NCBI GenBank assembly: GCA_963771515.1
Contig: CAVYTG010000001.1
Location: 249,357-313,356 of the forward strand
Reading direction: 5' to 3'
Length of the DNA stretch: 64,000 nt
Origin: an uncultured Gammaproteobacteria bacterium
Lineage (GTDB): Bacteria > Pseudomonadota > Gammaproteobacteria > CAVYTG01
The first letter of the stretch is position 1. The number at the start of each line of letters is the position of its first letter. A program made the position numbers and the translations under genes. Below the pieces are notes generated by a model that was not told where the DNA came from, did not search any database, and saw only the letters and a program-made list of their open reading frames with translations. Below, piece by piece: positions 38,094 to 48,069 of this stretch.

Positions 38094-38822
38094 ATGAAGA
38101 TAAAGATGTTTACACTTTTAATGGGATTGCCATTGATGGCAACAGCACATCTCTCAAAAGAGCTGCCCAATTATGGACCGGGTTCTTTAAAGGGAACGTC
38201 TGGGCAAGGGATTCAAATTGTACCGCTTTCAAAGATGGGTCTTCCTGCTTCTGTTAAGGAAGAGATGTTACTTCAGTTGAAAATGAAGAAGCAAAAAGGA
38301 TATTTTGATACAGAATCCCCTTATGCTGTGGAGCTCTGGGAATTAGGGCATGAGCGGAAATCCAGGGCAGGTCGAAAAGGAACAAGTGCACAGGATATGC
38401 CTATAAAAAAGCGTCTTTCAAAAATTAAACTGGCCTTTCCCTACAGTAAACTTCCTAACATTGATCCTAAAGATCAGATTGGATTTGCGCCAGCAGGTGA
38501 ATGGAAAAATGGCTGGACGGGGGTTAAAGAATTTTTTAATGATCGAGTCCTGGGAACATGTGTTTTTACATTAAATAATGTTGCCCTTTCTAAAGGGAGT
38601 GTGTTGCTTAGCAAAGAAATGGTCAACTATGAAGTGAACCGTAAGCCAACTACCTTTAACATTGAAGGAAATCCAAGAGATGGATTTTTATATGAGCTGG
38701 CCTGGTATGATGATCATTTCTTTTATGAGCTTGAGTGTGCCAATAAAGAGTTAAATCCTAAATTTAAAAGGTGGATGCGTGAATATGGACAGCGCATTGA
38801 TCAATCATTCAATCGAAAGTAA
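38094..38822 (+). CDS. Secreted hypothetical protein with signal peptide.
   Basis: N-terminal MKIKMFTLLMGLPLMATAHL; no recognisable domain. Confidence 0.45.
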   Translation: MKIKMFTLLMGLPLMATAHLSKELPNYGPGSLKGTSGQGIQIVPLSKMGLPASVKEEMLLQLKMKKQKGYFDTESPYAVELWELGHERKSRAGRKGTSAQDMPIKKRLSKIKLAFPYSKLPNIDPKDQIGFAPAGEWKNGWTGVKEFFNDRVLGTCVFTLNNVALSKGSVLLSKEMVNYEVNRKPTTFNIEGNPRDGFLYELAWYDDHFFYELECANKELNPKFKRWMREYGQRIDQSFNRK

Positions 38823-39218
38823 TGTGATCATGACATTGCGGCGGTGCGGCCGGGTTCGATGCTCATAAAGATATACATCTTGCCAGGTTCCTAGCGCCAA
38901 CTGGCGATTTTGAACAGGAATGCTCAAGCTGACTTGCGTCAGGATGGACCGAATATGTGCAGGCATGTCATCTGCTCCTTCCGCAGTGTGCTTAAATCGG
39001 GGATCACCGTCAATAATTAATCCAGAGAGAAACGTTTCCAAGTCTTCTTTTACCTGAGGATCTGCATTTTCGCATATGATGAGTGAGCAACTGGTATGGG
39101 GTATGAATAGATTGCAGAGTCCTTGTTTTAGTCCAAATTGATGAATGGACTGATTAATGTATTCCGTGATGTTATACGTGCCTCTTTTGTGGGTGTCTAC
39201 ATGAAAATTCGTCATCAT
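38805..39218 (-). CDS. yjbQ: YjbQ/UPF0047 family protein (secondary thiamine-phosphate synthase enzyme).
   Basis: 137 aa with conserved TSCSLIICENADP and HIRSIL-like motifs typical of YjbQ. Confidence 0.7.
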   Translation of the reverse strand: MMTNFHVDTHKRGTYNITEYINQSIHQFGLKQGLCNLFIPHTSCSLIICENADPQVKEDLETFLSGLIIDGDPRFKHTAEGADDMPAHIRSILTQVSLSIPVQNRQLALGTWQDVYLYEHRTRPHRRNVMITLLSIE

Positions 39219-39249
39219 AGTATGGGGTGATCCTGTGTTGTGTGAATAA

Positions 39250-41031
39250 CTATTGTGTGAATACTGAGTGGGAGATCAGCTTTTGCAGCATGGCTTTTTC
39301 TTCTGTGCTCAGTTCGTGAAGGCGTGTTTGTAGCTCATTGATGGTTTGCTGTATGCCCTGTTTTTGAAGACGTTTGATCGTATCCGAGAATTCTTTTTTA
39401 ATCCCTTCCGCAGGTGTCAGCAATTCAGTGGAGGCCAGTCGTGCAAGTTGCTTTTCTTCAGGGGTATCTCGAAAATGTTCTAGAAGTCCACCCGTAGATA
39501 AGTTAGGGTGACTTTGGATAATCTCTATTAATTTTTGTAGGAGGGGTATGCCTGGGAGGCGTATGTGCTTTAGCATTTCCATGTCAGGAATGTCATTGAT
39601 CAAGTGAGGGTGATTAATCAGTAGCGTAATGGCTGTACGCATAATGGAAGGTGGTTTGTGTTGCTTGAGTGTTAATGACCTACTTTGGGTAGGTTTGAAG
39701 GGTATGAGGCCAGACATTTTTTTTATGACAGAGCGAGAGGATTGAGTCGGCGCATCTGTGAGCAGCTCCGGTGAAATCTGAACGAGTTGTGCTAGTTGAT
39801 CTAACATCAATTGTTTGAACAGCCCATTAGGCATAGGATCCAAGTACTGCCTGGCAGTTTTTGCAAATTGGGCGCGACCATGTATGGTATTGAGGTCATG
39901 GGGTTGACTCAAAGTTTTAAAGAAAAAATCAGAGAGTGGAGCCGCGTCTTTAGCAGCATCTTTAAATGCTTGAGCACCCTGTTTTCGAATGAAACTATCT
40001 GGGTCTTCTCCAGCAGGCAGAGTTAAAAAGCAGGCATGGAAATGATCTTTCATCATGGGTAAGAGGATTTCTAATGCTCGCCAGGCTGCCTTTTGGCCCG
40101 CTGAGTCTGCATCAAAACAAAAAATAATTTCAGATGCATAACGTAATAGGATTTGAATTTGTTTTTTGGTAATAGCGGTTCCCAGCGGGGCTACAGCATA
40201 AGGGATACCGTATTGATGCAAGGCAATGACATCCATGTAACCTTCTACAACCAGTATTTTTGGTGCTTTTTTAATGAGATGTAATCCATAAAGTTCCTGA
40301 CCTTTATGAAAGAGGGGGGTTTCAGGTGAGTTCAGATATTTTGGCATTTGCTCATCAACAGATCTTCCACCAAACCCAATAATTTGTCCTCGACTATTTT
40401 TAATGGGAAACATTAAGCGATTTCGAAATCGGTCATAGTATTGATCCGATGTACCAGCTTTTTTTTCACAAAGCATACCTGCGTCTTTTAGTTTTGCCGC
40501 CACATCGGGTTGATGTGTCAGCTTTTGCGTTAGACTATCCCATTCATTTGGAGCAAAGCCTAAAGAAAAGGTTTCTATGATTTTTTCTGAGATACCTCGT
40601 CTTTTTAGATACTGAAGTACTTTTGGGGTCTTTAGTAGATGTCTTTGATAAAATTGCATGGCTTTTTCCATCAAAGGAAAAAGATCTGCATGTTTTTCAG
40701 TCTCTGTTTGTTGACGATTTTTACTTTCAGTTGGGATTTCAAGACCTAATGAGGCGGCTAGGCTTTCTATTGCATCAACAAAATCCATTTGATCATAAGC
40801 CATGAGGAAGCCGATGGCATTACCATGCGCATGACATCCAAAGCAGTAATAAAACTGTTTATGAGGGTCAACAGAAAAGGAGGGTGTTTTTTCTTGGTGG
40901 AAAGGGCATTTAGCGACAAAGCGTGTCCCGGCTTTTTTTAAACGAATACGCTTTTCAATCACATCAACTAGGTTAATGTGATTTAACAGCTCATGAATGA
41001 AAGTCTGTGGAATGCGACGACTCATGTTCAA
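39250..41031 (-). CDS. dnaG: DNA primase.
   Basis: N-terminal zinc ribbon CPFHQEKTPSF...CFGCHAHGN, TOPRIM domain (EGYMDV, DAD), C-terminal helicase-interaction domain. Confidence 0.9.
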   Translation of the reverse strand: MNMSRRIPQTFIHELLNHINLVDVIEKRIRLKKAGTRFVAKCPFHQEKTPSFSVDPHKQFYYCFGCHAHGNAIGFLMAYDQMDFVDAIESLAASLGLEIPTESKNRQQTETEKHADLFPLMEKAMQFYQRHLLKTPKVLQYLKRRGISEKIIETFSLGFAPNEWDSLTQKLTHQPDVAAKLKDAGMLCEKKAGTSDQYYDRFRNRLMFPIKNSRGQIIGFGGRSVDEQMPKYLNSPETPLFHKGQELYGLHLIKKAPKILVVEGYMDVIALHQYGIPYAVAPLGTAITKKQIQILLRYASEIIFCFDADSAGQKAAWRALEILLPMMKDHFHACFLTLPAGEDPDSFIRKQGAQAFKDAAKDAAPLSDFFFKTLSQPHDLNTIHGRAQFAKTARQYLDPMPNGLFKQLMLDQLAQLVQISPELLTDAPTQSSRSVIKKMSGLIPFKPTQSRSLTLKQHKPPSIMRTAITLLINHPHLINDIPDMEMLKHIRLPGIPLLQKLIEIIQSHPNLSTGGLLEHFRDTPEEKQLARLASTELLTPAEGIKKEFSDTIKRLQKQGIQQTINELQTRLHELSTEEKAMLQKLISHSVFTQ

Positions 41032-41089
41032 TATTGTGCTTTAGACCTAAATAAGCGCTGAATGAAATCTTTAGGGGCGTTGCCTGGGA

Positions 41090-41150
41090 TGTGTTTACAT
41101 TTCATTTTTGTTACAAAATGAAATGTAAAACACACCCTAACTGAGAGAAG
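41090..41150. repeat. Solo palindrome tgtttacatttcatttttgttacaaaatgaaatgtaaaacacaccctaa (TIR-only relative of the AT-rich family) between dnaG and yqeY.
   Basis: Inverted repeat tgtttacatttcattttt / aaaatgaaatgtaaaaca; the same gaaatgtaaacacaccctaa terminus as copies 23038 and 33439. Confidence 0.7.
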
Positions 41151-41601
41151 TCAATATTTCTTTAATTTGTTGACTGACTTTACCAATATCCGCTCTTCCC
41201 TGAAGCTTGGGTTTTAATAGGCCGATCACTTTGCCCATATCTGCCGGAGTTTTTGCTTGCGTTTGTGTGATGGCATCTTGTATAAGCTGATGGATTTCAT
41301 CTGAGCTAAGCGGGGCAGGGAGATATTGTTCCAGTAACTGAATCTCAAAGTTTTCCTTGTCTATCAAGTCCTGCCTTCCACCCTGAGAAAACAGTTCAAC
41401 AGCCTGGCGGCGTTGTTTAATCATTTTTTCAATGACAGCTAAGATCTGAGCGTCATTTAGAGGAGCCCGATCATTTTTATCAATTTCAAACTGTTTGATT
41501 TCAGCCATTAAAGAGCGCAGGACAGTTACTTCCCGTGTTTTCTTTTCTTTAATGAAGGCTGTAGTTTGTGCTTGAATTTGCGCTTTTAAGGTGTCGGACA
41601 T
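41137..41601 (-). CDS. yqeY: GatB/YqeY domain protein; start set at MSDTLK, 4 nt after the rpsU stop.
   Basis: Conserved YqeY motifs (LRSLMAEIKQ, GGRQDLIDKE); rpsU-yqeY-dnaG order. Confidence 0.7.
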   Translation of the reverse strand: MSDTLKAQIQAQTTAFIKEKKTREVTVLRSLMAEIKQFEIDKNDRAPLNDAQILAVIEKMIKQRRQAVELFSQGGRQDLIDKENFEIQLLEQYLPAPLSSDEIHQLIQDAITQTQAKTPADMGKVIGLLKPKLQGRADIGKVSQQIKEILTSLS

Positions 41602-41605
41602 GGAG

Positions 41606-41896
41606 TTATTCATCCGCCTTGGAATCACCAGCTTCTTTTTTGTGCGCTTTGCTTTCAGCAATAGCTGCTAGGTAGCCATATTGAGGTTGTCTTTGCATGG
41701 AAAAACGTTCTCTTTGCAACTTCTTCGCCAGGCGCTTTACCGCGGCCGCTTTTTTACGTTTTCGTTCAGCAGTGGGTTTTTCATAAAACTCTTTGCGTCT
41801 CATGGTTGCATAAACTCCTGACTTTTCGCAGGTTCTTTTGAATCGACGTAATGCCGCTTCAAAATTTTCATTAGGATTGATAATCACGCTTGGCAT
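41606..41896 (-). CDS. rpsU: 30S ribosomal protein S21 (with ~25-aa C-terminal extension relative to E. coli).
   Basis: [59 protein letters not shown] aligns with E. coli S21. Confidence 0.85.
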   Translation of the reverse strand: MPSVIINPNENFEAALRRFKRTCEKSGVYATMRRKEFYEKPTAERKRKKAAAVKRLAKKLQRERFSMQRQPQYGYLAAIAESKAHKKEAGDSKADE

Positions 41897-42047
41897 GTAT
41901 TTTGGTTGCTCCTCTTTGAGTAATTCGTCATACTTTCATTTATATTAGTTTGATACAAAATCAAAATATTAAGATGAATTCCGTTAAAATGCAACTGGGA
42001 TCAGCAATATAAGCTGAATCAATTGAGGGGAGAGGCTTGTTTACACT

Positions 42048-43076
42048 GTGGAGGCTAAAAAATTGCGAGTGCTGGGAATAGAAACTTCATGTGATGAGAC
42101 GGGAGTTGCGATTTACGATAGTCAGCAAGGTTTGTTGGCCAATGTGCTTTATAGCCAGATAGATTTACATCAGGCTTATGGTGGAGTCGTCCCTGAGCTG
42201 GCATCCCGGGACCATCTTAAAAAGCTATTGCCCCTAATACGTGAAGCTTTGCAGGTTGCAGGAATGCGCAAGGAATCTGTGGAGGCGGTTGCTTATACAA
42301 AGGGGCCAGGTTTGGCAGGGGCTTTGCTTGTTGGTGCCGTAGAGGGGAGAGCTTTGGCTTTTGCTCTGAATATTCCTGCTGTGGGCGTGCATCATATTGA
42401 ATCGCATTTATTGGCGGTTATGTTGGAGGAGCATGCGCCTACTTTTCCTTTTTTGTCATTAATTGTGTCTGGAGGTCATACGTTACTGGTGATTGCTCAT
42501 CAGTTGGGCGTGTATGAAATTTTGGGAGAAACGCTGGATGATGCGGTTGGGGAGGCATTTGACAAAACGGCTAAATTGTTGGGGCTGGGTTATCCTGGGG
42601 GGGCAGCTTTAGCCCGTTTAGCAGAAATGGGGAAAGCTGGAGCACTAAAATTTCCTAGACCGATGGTGAACCAGGCAGGTCTGGACTTTAGTTTTAGCGG
42701 TCTTAAAACCTTTGCCAGCCAAGTGATTGCTTCAACGGAGGAAGCAGACTATCCAGATGTTGCTTATGCGTTTCAGGAGGCGGTGGTTGAAACTTTATTG
42801 ATTAAGTGTCGAAGAGCGCTCAAACAAACCCGTTTAAAACAATTGGTGTTGGCAGGGGGGGTGGCTGCTAATCATGTATTAAGAGAGCAGATGCAATTGC
42901 TGACAAAATCTTTAGAAGTTGAAGTATTCTATCCCAGAGCTGAATTTTGTACGGATAATGCCGCCATGGTGGCGTATACGGGCTGTCAGTATTTGTTAGC
43001 GGGACGGAGAGATGACCTGGCAGTTCAAGTGATGCCTAAATGGTCGCTTCAGGATGACAGATATCCCTCATCGTGA
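42048..43076 (+). CDS. tsaD: tRNA N6-adenosine threonylcarbamoyltransferase.
   Basis: [21 protein letters not shown] metal-binding motif, GGVAAN; divergent from rpsU as in E. coli. Confidence 0.9.
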   Translation: MEAKKLRVLGIETSCDETGVAIYDSQQGLLANVLYSQIDLHQAYGGVVPELASRDHLKKLLPLIREALQVAGMRKESVEAVAYTKGPGLAGALLVGAVEGRALAFALNIPAVGVHHIESHLLAVMLEEHAPTFPFLSLIVSGGHTLLVIAHQLGVYEILGETLDDAVGEAFDKTAKLLGLGYPGGAALARLAEMGKAGALKFPRPMVNQAGLDFSFSGLKTFASQVIASTEEADYPDVAYAFQEAVVETLLIKCRRALKQTRLKQLVLAGGVAANHVLREQMQLLTKSLEVEVFYPRAEFCTDNAAMVAYTGCQYLLAGRRDDLAVQVMPKWSLQDDRYPSS

Positions 43077-43192
43077 ATGGAAAAATGTTGAGTAAATTTT
43101 CCTCACATATCCAGATATGTTGCCTCTGATTTTTGCATCTTACAGGTAATCCACTAAACTTTTACTGCGCTCAATCAATAAAGGAGGGCAGT

Positions 43193-44515
43193 ATGGCTCA
43201 AGAGCAGCACCGCTTTTTGGATTATTTAAAGGTTTATTTTCTTCCTCGTTCAAAACAAAGTTTTTACAATGAAGTAAGCTTGTCTGAAAACAACAATTTG
43301 TTTAGGTACTTATCTAAAAAAGTATTTTTCGATGCTTATCCAGGAGATGGGGTTACCCCGTTATCATTTAGTGTATTTGTGAATGGTCGTGAACGCCGTA
43401 GAAGAGATGTCATGCATCGATATGCTTTCAGATCTTGGCTTACCAGTTTTCTAGGTTTACCTAACCGTTTTAGAAAAGCTCCAAGAATGAGTTTGGATAG
43501 AATGCAAACTTCAGATGAGCTTTTGTTAGATTTAGTGGGTTGGAGTGTCGATCATTCTCTTCTAAGAAACGTGATGAAAATTCCTTTTGTTGTCCCGTTT
43601 AACGTTCTGCGTGTTTGCTTAACGACGCCTGTTAGTTTGTTGAAGCTTTTTACAGAAGTATTTCCTGATTTTTTGAGTAGTTCAATAGGAATAGGCATGT
43701 TTTCGTTGGGTTCAAAGATAGGGGAATGGCGGGGAATAAAAAAAATATTAGGGGTAGCCGCAGGGATTGTGATTTACCCTCTTTTATCTTTAGCGTACTA
43801 TGCCAGCAAGCTTTGGATGGGTCTAGGAATGCTGATCACCTCTCCTATTAAAGCAGCATCGATGGCTTTCGCATTGGGAAAGTCAGTGGGTGGGGTGCCA
43901 GGCGTGCTGTTGAGTCATATCTTTAGTGGTATGAGTTATCTGGCCAGTCTGGCATTGTACACTACTGTCGCGGTATTTTTAGGACCATTTGCTTTACAAG
44001 GCTTGGAGGCAGTACTTCCATGGGGAATGAATGTCGCCTTATCCGAAGGACTATTATTAACATATTCAGTGCTGAAAGGTTGGATAACAACGCTATCAGT
44101 CATGGTTTTTGGCGTATCATTTGGGCCGCAAACACAAAGTATATTATCGACAGCTATACTGACAGCGGGTTTAGGCGCCAGTGTCAGAATTTTGGAAGAA
44201 GTGGGGGAAAGGTTAGGCGTTTATTTCAGTCCTAAGAGTTACCAGCCGGCCATTATCACTTATGGTCCTGCGTTTCATAAAGATGGCAGGCCGCGCCATG
44301 ATTCGACTTACAAAAATCTGGCGCAAAAACATCCAGCTAACACTTCTTCTATTTCTAATGCCAGAAAAAACAGAGTAGGCATGGGTCAAACGAAAGGCAC
44401 ATCTGTCACGTTTGGATGGGAAACACCTGATAATCATTTGAGGAAAGTAGAAGAAAACGGTGGGGTTGATTTTGAAGGAACAGAGAGGGAGATAGATGCT
44501 CCAACTTTCAATTGA
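43193..44515 (+). CDS. Hypothetical protein, 440 aa, with a central block of ~7 hydrophobic helices; start set at MAQEQ behind a strong AAGGAGG RBS.
   Basis: Long ORF, RBS at 43181..43187; no recognisable domain. Confidence 0.5.
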   Translation: MAQEQHRFLDYLKVYFLPRSKQSFYNEVSLSENNNLFRYLSKKVFFDAYPGDGVTPLSFSVFVNGRERRRRDVMHRYAFRSWLTSFLGLPNRFRKAPRMSLDRMQTSDELLLDLVGWSVDHSLLRNVMKIPFVVPFNVLRVCLTTPVSLLKLFTEVFPDFLSSSIGIGMFSLGSKIGEWRGIKKILGVAAGIVIYPLLSLAYYASKLWMGLGMLITSPIKAASMAFALGKSVGGVPGVLLSHIFSGMSYLASLALYTTVAVFLGPFALQGLEAVLPWGMNVALSEGLLLTYSVLKGWITTLSVMVFGVSFGPQTQSILSTAILTAGLGASVRILEEVGERLGVYFSPKSYQPAIITYGPAFHKDGRPRHDSTYKNLAQKHPANTSSISNARKNRVGMGQTKGTSVTFGWETPDNHLRKVEENGGVDFEGTEREIDAPTFN

Positions 44516-44522
44516 TGACACG

Positions 44523-45701
44523 CTAGCTATATGCTTTCACCATAAAGGCTTCCAGAACATCATTTAAAAATAAATATCCTTGATCTGTGAGTTGTATGGT
44601 ATGTGGCTTCTGTAGAAGCCATCCCTTTTTGCAGAGCAGGTTCAAAATGGGTTGAATGGTGTTGATGGAGAGTCCTGTGCGCTGCTCAAAACAATGAATA
44701 TTCAAGGGTTTGTTTAATCTTAGTGCATTCATCATAAACTCAAGAGGTAAGTCTGATAGCGGAACGATTTTTTCTTGTGCGATAAATTCCTGATCACCTG
44801 TTAAGTAGTGTTGGGGGTGTTTTTTCTTTAAGATGCGACAGATTGTTTTTTGTTTTAGATCCGTTAGTTTACTGCATGCGCCGGCGCCGATGCCTAAGTA
44901 ATCTCCAAATTCCCAGTAGTTTAGATTATGCTGGCAAGCTCTACCTTCCTTGGCATAGGCGGATATTTCGTACCGATGGTAGTTGCTGACTTCTAAGTAT
45001 TTTTGTCCTGTTTGAAAGATTTCCCAACAAAGTTCATCGCTGGGTACTGCTGGTGGGTGATGAAAGAAGGGTGTGTTTTCTTCCAGGGTGAGTTGATACC
45101 AGGATAGGTGGCCGGGACTAAATGAGATGGCTGTTTTTAGGTCAGTGATTGCTTCATCCAGCGTTTGATGGGGTAGTCCATACATAATATCAAGATTGAG
45201 GTGTTGAAAACCGGCTGTGTAAGCAGCTTCAATTGCCTTTTGAGCCTCGAGGTTGCCATGGATGCGCCCCAGTTTTTTTAGATGTAAGTCATTAAAGCTT
45301 TGGATACCTAATGAGAGACGATTAACACCAGCCTCTAAAAAACCCTCGAAACGCGTTTGCTCTACAGTGCCTGGGTTAGCTTCTAGTGTGATTTCAATAT
45401 TAGGTTTGAAAGGTATACGCTGTTGAACAGCTTTCAGTAACTCATGAATCGCAGAAGGCGAAAATAAGCTGGGTGTTCCACCTCCAATAAATATACTGGT
45501 GATGGGGCGCTCCTGTATTTTGGATAAGCTTAAGTCAAAGTCTTTGATCAGAGCGCTAATGTAGTCAGCTTCAGGAAGTGGTTGTTTGAGTGCATGAGAA
45601 TTAAAGTCGCAATAGGGGCACTTTTGGATGCACCAAGGTGTATGAATATAAAGCGAAAGGGGAATGATGTCACTAGTCGTGGCAGCGTTCATTTTTAGCA
45701 T
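44523..45701 (-). CDS. hemW: Radical SAM heme chaperone HemW (HemN-like, oxygen-independent coproporphyrinogen-III-oxidase-like).
   Basis: CxxxCxxC radical SAM motif (CIQKCPYCDF); 392 aa, HemW-type length. Confidence 0.8.
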   Translation of the reverse strand: MLKMNAATTSDIIPLSLYIHTPWCIQKCPYCDFNSHALKQPLPEADYISALIKDFDLSLSKIQERPITSIFIGGGTPSLFSPSAIHELLKAVQQRIPFKPNIEITLEANPGTVEQTRFEGFLEAGVNRLSLGIQSFNDLHLKKLGRIHGNLEAQKAIEAAYTAGFQHLNLDIMYGLPHQTLDEAITDLKTAISFSPGHLSWYQLTLEENTPFFHHPPAVPSDELCWEIFQTGQKYLEVSNYHRYEISAYAKEGRACQHNLNYWEFGDYLGIGAGACSKLTDLKQKTICRILKKKHPQHYLTGDQEFIAQEKIVPLSDLPLEFMMNALRLNKPLNIHCFEQRTGLSINTIQPILNLLCKKGWLLQKPHTIQLTDQGYLFLNDVLEAFMVKAYS

Positions 45702-46123
45702 GAATACAAGATTGTTAGATAGGAGGGTACGAATAGATGATAACTTGGTTTAGTATTTTTTAAAAGGAGAATGCTTCGAAGTGTTTGAGTTAATGAAAAT
45801 TAAGTGAAAGAAGAGGGAGGAATGCTTTCTCTTTTTAAAGAGAAAGCACGGAAACCGGCTATATTTAAGGAGGGAGGAGAAATAGAGGAACCAGAAACCG
45901 TGCTTTGATTGGAATTCTACTGGAAATAAAAAAAATCAGCTATACGGCTAAATATGTTTTGTATTGTGAGACATGTCTTACAATATAGGGTTGGATTGAT
46001 TTTATAGAAGCTCGGGTGGTATGTTTCCTTATATATAGCTAAGCCCCTATAGAGCGCACTATTCAGTACCTATGAATAGCATCCAAATGGTAACTGCTCT
46101 CCCGTCAGGGGCAAAGCAAGTTT

Positions 46124-46245
46124 CGTCATTGCGAGGAGCGAAGCGACGTGGCAATCCAGGCTGAATCTTATTAAAGCCACTCAGTCTTTCACGGAAAAAA
46201 TCTTCCGCCTGGATTGCTACGTTTCGTTCGCAATGACAGGTGAGC
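46124..46245. repeat. GC-rich palindromic element copy 4 (tcgtcattgcgaggagcgaagcgacgtggcaatccagg ... cctggattgctacgtttcgttcgcaatgacaggtgagcag).
   Basis: Both arms present; loop cttattaaagccact shared with copy 1. Confidence 0.8.
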
Positions 46246-46282
46246 AGTTACATTAAATGCATCTAAAAGGAGCTATTAAGCT

Positions 46283-47281
46283 ATGAGAAAAAAACAAGTT
46301 AAAGTCGCTATCACAGGCGCTGCAGGCCATATTGGCTATTCTCTACTTTTTCGAATTGCCAACGGTGATATTTTTGGTCAGGATACTGAGGTGATTTTTC
46401 AGTTGTTAGAACTTGAAACAGCGCTTCGTCCATTAGAGGGTACCGTTATGGAATTGATGGACTGTGCTTTCCCTTTGCTTAAGGATGTGCATATTTCGTC
46501 TGATGTGAATAAAGTCATGAATGGAGTCAATTGGGCCATTTTGGTAGGTTCTGTTCCCAGAAAAGTAGGTATGGAGCGGTCTGACCTTTTATCCATCAAT
46601 GGGCAGGTATTTATTGGTCAAGGAAAGGCGATCAATGATCATGCTGCGGAGGATGTTCGTGTGTTTGTCGTTGGTAATCCCTGCAATACCAATTGTATGA
46701 TTGCCATGAATCATGCGCCTGATGTGCCTAAAGACCGATTTCATGCTATGACAACATTGGATGAAAATCGCGCAAAAGCACAGCTTGCTGCGAAAGCAGG
46801 CGTGCGTGTGACAGATGTCAGTCATATGATTATTTGGGGGAACCACTCTCCAACGATGTATCCGGATTTTTATCATGCCAAAATTCAGGGCAAGCCTGTG
46901 CTGGATATGATTCAGGATGAAACTTGGTTAAAAACGGACTTTATGGAGCGTATTCAAAAACGGGGAACCGAAGTGCTTCAGGCTAGAGGCGCTTCTTCAG
47001 CTGCTTCAGCGGCTCAGGCAGTGATTGATGGTGTTCGTTATCTGGTCTTTCCTACGGAGCAGGGACAGATTTATTCTTCAGCGCGTTGTTCAAAAGGAGA
47101 GTATGGTGTCGATGAAGGGTTGATTTTTTCATACCCTTGCATTACAGCGGACAACCATGAAGTTAGTGTGGTAACGGGGTGGGAGCATAATACATTTGCC
47201 GAAGAAAAGTTACAGGCAACACTCCAAGAACTTCGTCAAGAAAGAGATATTGTAAAGTCTATGGGTTTGATTTCTGCATAG
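46283..47281 (+). CDS. mdh: Malate dehydrogenase (LDH-like MDH family).
   Basis: [15 protein letters not shown]-binding motif, catalytic IWGNHS region; 332 aa. Confidence 0.9.
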   Translation: MRKKQVKVAITGAAGHIGYSLLFRIANGDIFGQDTEVIFQLLELETALRPLEGTVMELMDCAFPLLKDVHISSDVNKVMNGVNWAILVGSVPRKVGMERSDLLSINGQVFIGQGKAINDHAAEDVRVFVVGNPCNTNCMIAMNHAPDVPKDRFHAMTTLDENRAKAQLAAKAGVRVTDVSHMIIWGNHSPTMYPDFYHAKIQGKPVLDMIQDETWLKTDFMERIQKRGTEVLQARGASSAASAAQAVIDGVRYLVFPTEQGQIYSSARCSKGEYGVDEGLIFSYPCITADNHEVSVVTGWEHNTFAEEKLQATLQELRQERDIVKSMGLISA

Positions 47282-47314
47282 ACTGTGAAGACAGGTTCTA
47301 AGATTACTATCATA

Positions 47315-47344
47315 CATTGCCCCAGCTTATTATGTGGGGCAATG
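47315..47344. terminator. Bidirectional intrinsic terminator hairpin between convergent mdh and hupB (cattgcccca-N10-tggggcaatg).
   Basis: Perfect 10-bp stem; T-rich flank on the minus side, A/T flank on the plus side. Confidence 0.6.
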
Positions 47345-47357
47345 TACAAACATGAAT

Positions 47358-47630
47358 TTATTTGACAGCTTCTTTCAGTTGAGCGCCTGGCTTAAATACA
47401 GGTACCTTACGAGCAGGGATTTTAATTTCTTTCCCGGTTTGAGGGTTTCTTCCACTGCGAGCTTCTCTCTTCTTGACAGAAAAGGTACCAAAGCCGATGA
47501 GACGTACTTCTCCGCCTTTTGACATAGTTTCTTCAATGGCTTCAAGTACAGCAGTTAATGATTGTTCAGCGTCCTTTAAGGTACTTCCTGTTTTTTCCGC
47601 AATACGACGGATCATATCGGATTTATTCAT
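47358..47630 (-). CDS. hupB: Nucleoid-associated DNA-binding protein HU.
   Basis: MNKSDMIRRIAEKTG...RNPQTGKEIKIPARKVPVFKPG, classic HU signature. Confidence 0.85.
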   Translation of the reverse strand: MNKSDMIRRIAEKTGSTLKDAEQSLTAVLEAIEETMSKGGEVRLIGFGTFSVKKREARSGRNPQTGKEIKIPARKVPVFKPGAQLKEAVK

Positions 47631-47709
47631 AAGTTAACTCCTGATTAAATAATTTGCCTCTAAATTAGCTTCTTTGGTGGGTAAGATCAATAGTTAATCA
47701 TAAGTATAT

Positions 47710-48066
47710 CTATTGAGAGTCCATGTCAAAGGTGGGAGCAGTTTTTTCTACAAGTTCATGAATTTTCTCTTTCATAGACAGCTGAACATGTTTTGGTTGT
47801 TTTTTTAAGAGTTTAAAGAACCTGTTACAAATTTTTTCGAATTCTTCTTTAGAGTGAGAGTCTGAAAAGTTACTGGCACTTTTTTCACTATTAGAGATTG
47901 TGGAAAAAAAGGTAACGTTATCAGATTGATGAATAGGCGTGGGAGAATTTTTACATTCAACCTTGTTAATGGTTTCAAAAATATCAGGGTGTTTTATTTC
48001 AGTATTTTCACTAGACATAGTTTTTCTCCTGGGGTTCGCATGTGTTGAAAAATCAATGATTGGCAT
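47710..48066 (-). CDS. Hypothetical 118-aa protein immediately downstream of the hybrid kinase (4-bp gap).
   Basis: ORF only; tight coupling to the kinase stop. Confidence 0.35.
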   Translation of the reverse strand: MPIIDFSTHANPRRKTMSSENTEIKHPDIFETINKVECKNSPTPIHQSDNVTFFSTISNSEKSASNFSDSHSKEEFEKICNRFFKLLKKQPKHVQLSMKEKIHELVEKTAPTFDMDSQ

Positions 48067-48069
48067 CTT

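Noticed and set aside
37595-38097. ORFs 37595..37810 (-) and 37786..38097 (+).
   Set aside because: The region is fully explained by the RNase P RNA gene (all conserved M1 RNA elements present on the minus strand).
41606-41896. Possible mis-called long rpsU (96 aa vs 71 aa in E. coli) overlapping the yqeY ORF start.
   Set aside because: The overlap disappears if yqeY starts at MSDTLK (41601). The C-terminal extension of S21 is Lys/Ala-rich like genuine S21 tails in other bacteria, so I keep the long form rather than flag a frameshift.
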